Below, in pieces: positions 59,320 through 64,000 of a stretch of 64,000 bases of DNA (position 1 is the stretch's first letter; each line of letters begins with the position of its first letter). Location of the stretch: the NCBI GenBank assembly GCA_963833575.1, contig CAWHXY010000008.1:128001-192000 (forward strand). Direction: 5' to 3'. The notes beneath the pieces were generated by a model, which did no database searches, was not told where the DNA came from, and saw only the letters and a program-made list of their open reading frames with translations. The DNA is from Candidatus Bathyarchaeota archaeon (GTDB taxonomy: Archaea > Thermoproteota > Bathyarchaeia > Bathyarchaeales > Bathycorpusculaceae). The position numbers and the translations under genes are program-made.

Positions 59320-60825
59320 ATGGCAACTAACCAGCAAAACGCAACCGGACCCCAGATGAAAAAAACTCTAAGCCTCTCAGGGCTAACGATAAACGCCATG
59401 GCATTAATCGCTCCAGGCGCTTTCCTCTGGCTTACTTTCCAATTACAAGCTGCACAGGTAGACCCTTCAGGAGTCTCTACAGCTCCAGACATATGGACTG
59501 GTCTGGCCCTAGCATTGGTATTGTCTTTCTTGACTGCCGCTTCCTACTCATATCTATCCCGCCGCTATCCAGACGCTGGCGCAGGCAGCTCATACTACTT
59601 TGCTCAACGCGCTTTGCTCGACCGAGGCAGCAGCAACAAAACAGCCCGAAGCGCAAAGTTCTATGTTGGATGGCTCTCACACCTTTACTACTGGGTGTAC
59701 CCAGGTGTCATGGTGGGAATGATGGGATTCTTCATAACATACATTCTGTCAACAGTCGGCATAGTCATAACTCCGCTAACTGAAGTTGCAATTGTAGTTG
59801 TGTTCGCTGTTCTCGTAGGCTTAATAGCATTCCGAGGAATCAACGGCTCCACCCGAACCAACCTTATGATCAACATCGCGCAGATCGGCATGCTAGTCGG
59901 CGTAACAGCTCTCGCACTTGCATATCGCTTCATAAACCCGGATCATTTGACGTACACCTTCGCGAACCCTGCTGGCCCACTAATACCAAGCAGTGCAAGC
60001 CACATGCTCTTTCAGGCAACCATCGCGATACTTGTCTTAGTCGGCTTCGAATCCGTAACCGCATTTACTGGTGAAGCGAAGAACCCCAAAGACGTCCCAA
60101 AAGCAATTATGCTTTCGCTCGTCATTCAGGGCGCCTTCTGCTATTTGTTGGGATTCTATGGAGTGCAAGCATGGATGAACTCACACTATTCATTTGCAGC
60201 GGCCGCAGCTTCCAACTCTCCAATAGGCGATATGATAATTCAATCGGTTAACGGATTATTTGGTGGAGGCGGCTTCATTGTAATGCTGGTCGTTGCTGCG
60301 ATTGTTGCAACAGCGATATTGGGCACAACTTTATCCTGCATGAACACAGGTGTAAGAGTAACATATGCTATCAGCCGCGACACCGAAGTTCCAGAACCAC
60401 TCGGAAAACTCAACCCCAGATACGGTACTCCTGCCATCGGCGTATGGGTAATGACAATCGTTACAGCTGGAATAGGCGCATTCGCAGTCCTGTCCCTAAC
60501 AAACCTAACCGCTATGACACTACTATCCAACTTCGGAACATTCCTACTCTACGGTGTAACTTGCATTATAGCACTCTACGCACTGGCTCGAGAAAAACGC
60601 TCAATACTAACCAAATACATAATTCCAATCGCAGGCTTTGCAGCAAACGTCGTCATGCTAATCACAGTCGTCTGGCTTGGAGTCATAGGTGGAGGCGCTA
60701 CTCAAACTGCAGCTCTAATGGCATTAATAATAACTGCAATATGGCTCGCGGCAGGATTCGGATACTTCGCACTAAACTCACGAAGCAAGGAATCAAGAAT
60801 ACTACCATTCCCAGGTGGCAAATAG
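59320..60825 (+). CDS. APC family amino acid permease
   Basis: About 12 TMs; YP.AG...Y, GFE....GEAKNP, R..YA.SRD..P. Confidence 0.92.
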   Translation: MATNQQNATGPQMKKTLSLSGLTINAMALIAPGAFLWLTFQLQAAQVDPSGVSTAPDIWTGLALALVLSFLTAASYSYLSRRYPDAGAGSSYYFAQRALLDRGSSNKTARSAKFYVGWLSHLYYWVYPGVMVGMMGFFITYILSTVGIVITPLTEVAIVVVFAVLVGLIAFRGINGSTRTNLMINIAQIGMLVGVTALALAYRFINPDHLTYTFANPAGPLIPSSASHMLFQATIAILVLVGFESVTAFTGEAKNPKDVPKAIMLSLVIQGAFCYLLGFYGVQAWMNSHYSFAAAAASNSPIGDMIIQSVNGLFGGGGFIVMLVVAAIVATAILGTTLSCMNTGVRVTYAISRDTEVPEPLGKLNPRYGTPAIGVWVMTIVTAGIGAFAVLSLTNLTAMTLLSNFGTFLLYGVTCIIALYALAREKRSILTKYIIPIAGFAANVVMLITVVWLGVIGGGATQTAALMALIITAIWLAAGFGYFALNSRSKESRILPFPGGK

Positions 60826-60945
60826 ACGTATCTAACATGAAATCCTAAAAGCAAACCAACAGAATGTGGCTCGCTTTAAATCTCCAAACCTTTTTTATTG
60901 GGCTATCTTAAAATACATTCTTTGAATATTTTAGTCGGGAAAATT

Positions 60946-62619
60946 ATGTGTGGAATCGTAGGAATCTTTAACATCGTTGAACCAGTGCCTCAAGCACGGG
61001 ACAAGGCTCTCAGGATGGCTACAAAAATTAGACACAGAGGCCCAGATTGGAGCGGCATTTACAGTGACGACAAGGCCATTCTTGCACATGAAAGACTCTC
61101 CATCGTGGACGTTGAACATGGTGCACAACCATTGTTTGACAAACTCAACGGAAACGTTCTCGGCGTAAACGGAGAAATCTATAACCACATTCTTCTTCGC
61201 CAAAAACTAAAAAAAGAACATTTATGGCAAACAAAGTCGGATTGCGAAGTAATACTGTACCTTTACGACGAGTATGGTCCAGAGTTCTTGAATATGCTAA
61301 ACGGTATGTTTGCCTTTATCTTATATGATAAGAAAAAAGGGAATTATTTTGTCGCTAGGGACCACATTGGCATTATTCCATTGTATGTAGGTTGGGATAG
61401 CAAAGGAACTTTTTATGTGGCCAGTGAAATGAAAGCCCTAAATGACTTCTGCACAGACATCAAAGAGTTTCCGCCAGGACACTATCTAATCGGTAATGAC
61501 AAAGATTTTGTTAGGTGGTACAAACCTGCATGGGCAGAGAAAATCCCAACCGAAAGGCTGTCTCTTCCAGAATTAAAGAAGGCACTGGAAAAATCCGTCA
61601 AGGGACAAATGATGTCAGACGTTCCCTATGGAGTTCTTATCTCAGGCGGGTTAGATTCTTCGCTAATAGCGGCCATCGCATCTAAATACAGGAAGAAAAG
61701 GGTTGAAACAGGCGACAAAGAAGAAGCATGGTGGCCACGCTTACACTCATTCGCAGTAGGTCTGGCAGATTCGCCTGATCTGAAATACGCCAAAAAAGTC
61801 GCAGATTACATCGGGACAGTCCATCACGAGATAATATTTACTATACAAGAAGGCTTCGACGCTATACCAGACGTCATTTACCATTTAGAGACTTTTGATG
61901 TCACCACTATTCGAGCTGCAACGCCCATGTATTTAATGGCGAGAAAAATAAAATCGATGGGCATCAAAATGGTTCTTTCGGGTGAAGGTGCAGACGAAGT
62001 TTTTGGAGGCTATCTGTATTTTCACAAGGCACCAAATGCACAAGAATTCTACGAAGAAACCGTTAGAAAGCTTTTCATGCTTAGCAAATACGATTGCTTG
62101 CGGGCTAACAAAGCGACAGCTGCTTGGGGCGTTGAAACACGAGTGCCATTTTTGGATAAGGAGTTTTTGGATTTTGCAATGAGCTTTGACCCCATAGAGA
62201 AAATGTGCTCTGGAGACAAAATCGAAAAGTACGTTCTGCGAAAGGCATTTGAAGGATATATTCCTGCTGAAATTCTTTGGAGACAAAAAGAACAGTTTTC
62301 CGACGGTGTAGGTTACGGCTGGATAGACTATCTCAAAAAATACGTTGAAAGTTCAGTAACTGATGAAATGTTAAAGAATGCTAAAAATAAGTTCCCTGTT
62401 CAAACACCATCATCAAAAGAAGAGTATTACTATAGGCAAATATTTGACAAATACTTCACCTGCTCGACTGCTGCATTAACTGTTCCTGTCGGCCCAACAA
62501 TTGCCTGTTCTACTCCTACAGCCTTTAGATGGAGCAAAGAATTTGCCAAAATGGCTGACCCATCAGGCAGATCCGTTAAGGCACATAAACAAACATTAAA
62601 CGAAAGCAAGAATCACTAA
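60946..62619 (+). CDS. asnB: Asparagine synthetase B (glutamine-hydrolysing)
   Basis: MCGI Ntn cysteine, HRGPD, NGEIYN, SGGLDSS, SGEGADE. Confidence 0.96.
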   Translation: MCGIVGIFNIVEPVPQARDKALRMATKIRHRGPDWSGIYSDDKAILAHERLSIVDVEHGAQPLFDKLNGNVLGVNGEIYNHILLRQKLKKEHLWQTKSDCEVILYLYDEYGPEFLNMLNGMFAFILYDKKKGNYFVARDHIGIIPLYVGWDSKGTFYVASEMKALNDFCTDIKEFPPGHYLIGNDKDFVRWYKPAWAEKIPTERLSLPELKKALEKSVKGQMMSDVPYGVLISGGLDSSLIAAIASKYRKKRVETGDKEEAWWPRLHSFAVGLADSPDLKYAKKVADYIGTVHHEIIFTIQEGFDAIPDVIYHLETFDVTTIRAATPMYLMARKIKSMGIKMVLSGEGADEVFGGYLYFHKAPNAQEFYEETVRKLFMLSKYDCLRANKATAAWGVETRVPFLDKEFLDFAMSFDPIEKMCSGDKIEKYVLRKAFEGYIPAEILWRQKEQFSDGVGYGWIDYLKKYVESSVTDEMLKNAKNKFPVQTPSSKEEYYYRQIFDKYFTCSTAALTVPVGPTIACSTPTAFRWSKEFAKMADPSGRSVKAHKQTLNESKNH

Positions 62620-63008
62620 CTTTCGGAACTGAACCATCCCTTGCTTCCAGAAACGATAGATTAGCAAAAACACACATTTTTCCATCTTTTCCACAGTTTC
62701 CTAAAAAAAGGTCCAGAAATTATAAAAAAGTGTGAACAAATCACAACCAATCACAATTAACCTTATATAAAACTGTAAATATGGACTAAGTTATAAGGGA
62801 GAAAGGAGGTAAATTAGTGAAATATCTAAAAAATAGCTTTTCGCTAGGAAAAAACAGAGGATTCCACAATTTACCTTTTTGGACTTGCAGATAATTATGT
62901 TCAAATCAAATTGTATTTGTATGCACTGTATTGCCTTGGCAGGTTCTTGTGTAAGCCATTTGCCAATAAGTGATTGCAACTACGCACTTAAAGTGGAGAA
63001 GGAATAAA

Positions 63009-63299
63009 ATGGAGAGATTCTTAGCTTCAGTCAACATTTTCGTCGAATCAACACAAATGGATAGCGTTTTAGCCGCGCTATCGAAACTTAAAGATATCGA
63101 AGAAGTCTACGAGGTAGCGGGCGAATATGACATTGTAACCCTAGTTTCCACTTCCACGCTAGAAGAATTTCGCGATATTTTACAGAAACATATCATGAAA
63201 ATTAAAGGCGTAAAAAGCACCATAACTACTATAATACTGCATCCACATAAGGGGCGTAAGTCCCGCCTAGGAAAAAGCAGCTTAACATCAGCCACTTAG
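63009..63299 (+). CDS. Lrp/AsnC ligand-binding (RAM) domain protein without HTH
   Basis: VYEVAGEYDIV...I.GVKST.T; ATG after AGGA. Confidence 0.85.
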   Translation: MERFLASVNIFVESTQMDSVLAALSKLKDIEEVYEVAGEYDIVTLVSTSTLEEFRDILQKHIMKIKGVKSTITTIILHPHKGRKSRLGKSSLTSAT

Positions 63300-63351
63300 T
63301 TGGGGATAGGAGCAATAGTGAGTAGAAATGTTTTTTGGAGTTTCGGATTAA

Positions 63352-64000
63352 TTGATCGATGCAGTTCAGGCGTTATCAGTCATTCTCATTCTTGGAGTAA
63401 CCATAGTCATAGCCAAGCTAATAGCGCCATACATAACTGGAGTATTTAATCGAAAACCAAGCCGCTTAGATAGAGTACTCAATCCGATAGAGAACTTCAT
63501 CTACAAAATCACAGGCGTAAACTCTGAACAAACGATGGGTTGGAAGCAATTCTTCCTCGCAGGTTTATTGCTAAACGTTGTCATGATGGTCATAGGCTTT
63601 CTTATTCTTGTCTTTCAAGGCAATTTGCCGCTTAATCCAATGGGCTTTGGTGGTGTACGCCCCGACCTTTCTTTTATGCAAGTCGCCTCATTTGTTACAA
63701 ACACGGATCTGCAACATTATAACGGTGAAGCCACCTTTTCAATTTTGAGCCAAATGAGTGTTCTCCAATGGCTTCAATTCACATCAGCCATTACAGGACT
63801 ATGCATGGGTATTGCATTTATTCGTGGACTAATGGTTGGCTCCAAAGATATGGGTAACTTTTATGTTGATTTCACAAGGTCCATAACAAGAATTTTCTTG
63901 CCACTCGCCATAATAGCTTCGATTATTTTTCTGGCTTTGGGCGTCCCGCAAACCTTCAATGCGTTAACTACTGTGAAGACTATCGAAGGAGCTACTCAAT
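63352..64000 (+). CDS. kdpA: Potassium-transporting ATPase subunit A, N-terminal part (runs off window)
   Basis: Manual translation P.EN.IYK..GV...MGWKQ, QG.LPLNP, SFVTNTDLQHY.GE, GNFYVD.TR. Confidence 0.93.
   Translation, partial: MIDAVQALSVILILGVTIVIAKLIAPYITGVFNRKPSRLDRVLNPIENFIYKITGVNSEQTMGWKQFFLAGLLLNVVMMVIGFLILVFQGNLPLNPMGFGGVRPDLSFMQVASFVTNTDLQHYNGEATFSILSQMSVLQWLQFTSAITGLCMGIAFIRGLMVGSKDMGNFYVDFTRSITRIFLPLAIIASIIFLALGVPQTFNALTTVKTIEGATQ

Noticed and set aside
62736-62762. AACAAATCAC/AACCAATCAC 10 bp pair upstream of the Lrp-kdp genes
   Set aside because: Only two clear copies in A/C-rich DNA; not distinguishable from chance.

Overview
Archaeal chromosomal segment. Gene content (GatDE, Rio2, Sm/LSm, histone, S30e, an eL22-like protein, many ArsR-TM and signal-peptide/PEF-tail proteins) points to a TACK archaeon, most likely Bathyarchaeia (inference). 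The housekeeping backbone includes trpD-C-B-A, rnhA, leuS, apgM, tyrS, rps30e, elp3, gatDE, Sm, rio2, pyrI, a PiT transporter, asnB and a partial kdpA. Three accessory zones interrupt it. (1) A decayed small-ORF region at about 6-12 kb. (2) A 10.5 kb island between tyrS and rps30e in which 11 of 13 consecutive intergenic gaps carry a co-oriented, degenerate 30-60 bp element whose left and right halves appear to be reassorted. This is an integron-like single-gene cassette architecture with non-attC sites and no recombinase in the window, and it is the best candidate for an undescribed system. (3) A complete 2,689 bp IS6-family element with bipartite inverted repeats, an 8 bp target duplication and five passenger genes. 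Also seen: three unannotated, strongly self-complementary intergenic elements (candidate structured RNAs), a six-copy 10 bp phased repeat, and a histone with a long repetitive N-terminal tail. All family calls come from motif recognition by eye; no database searches were run.
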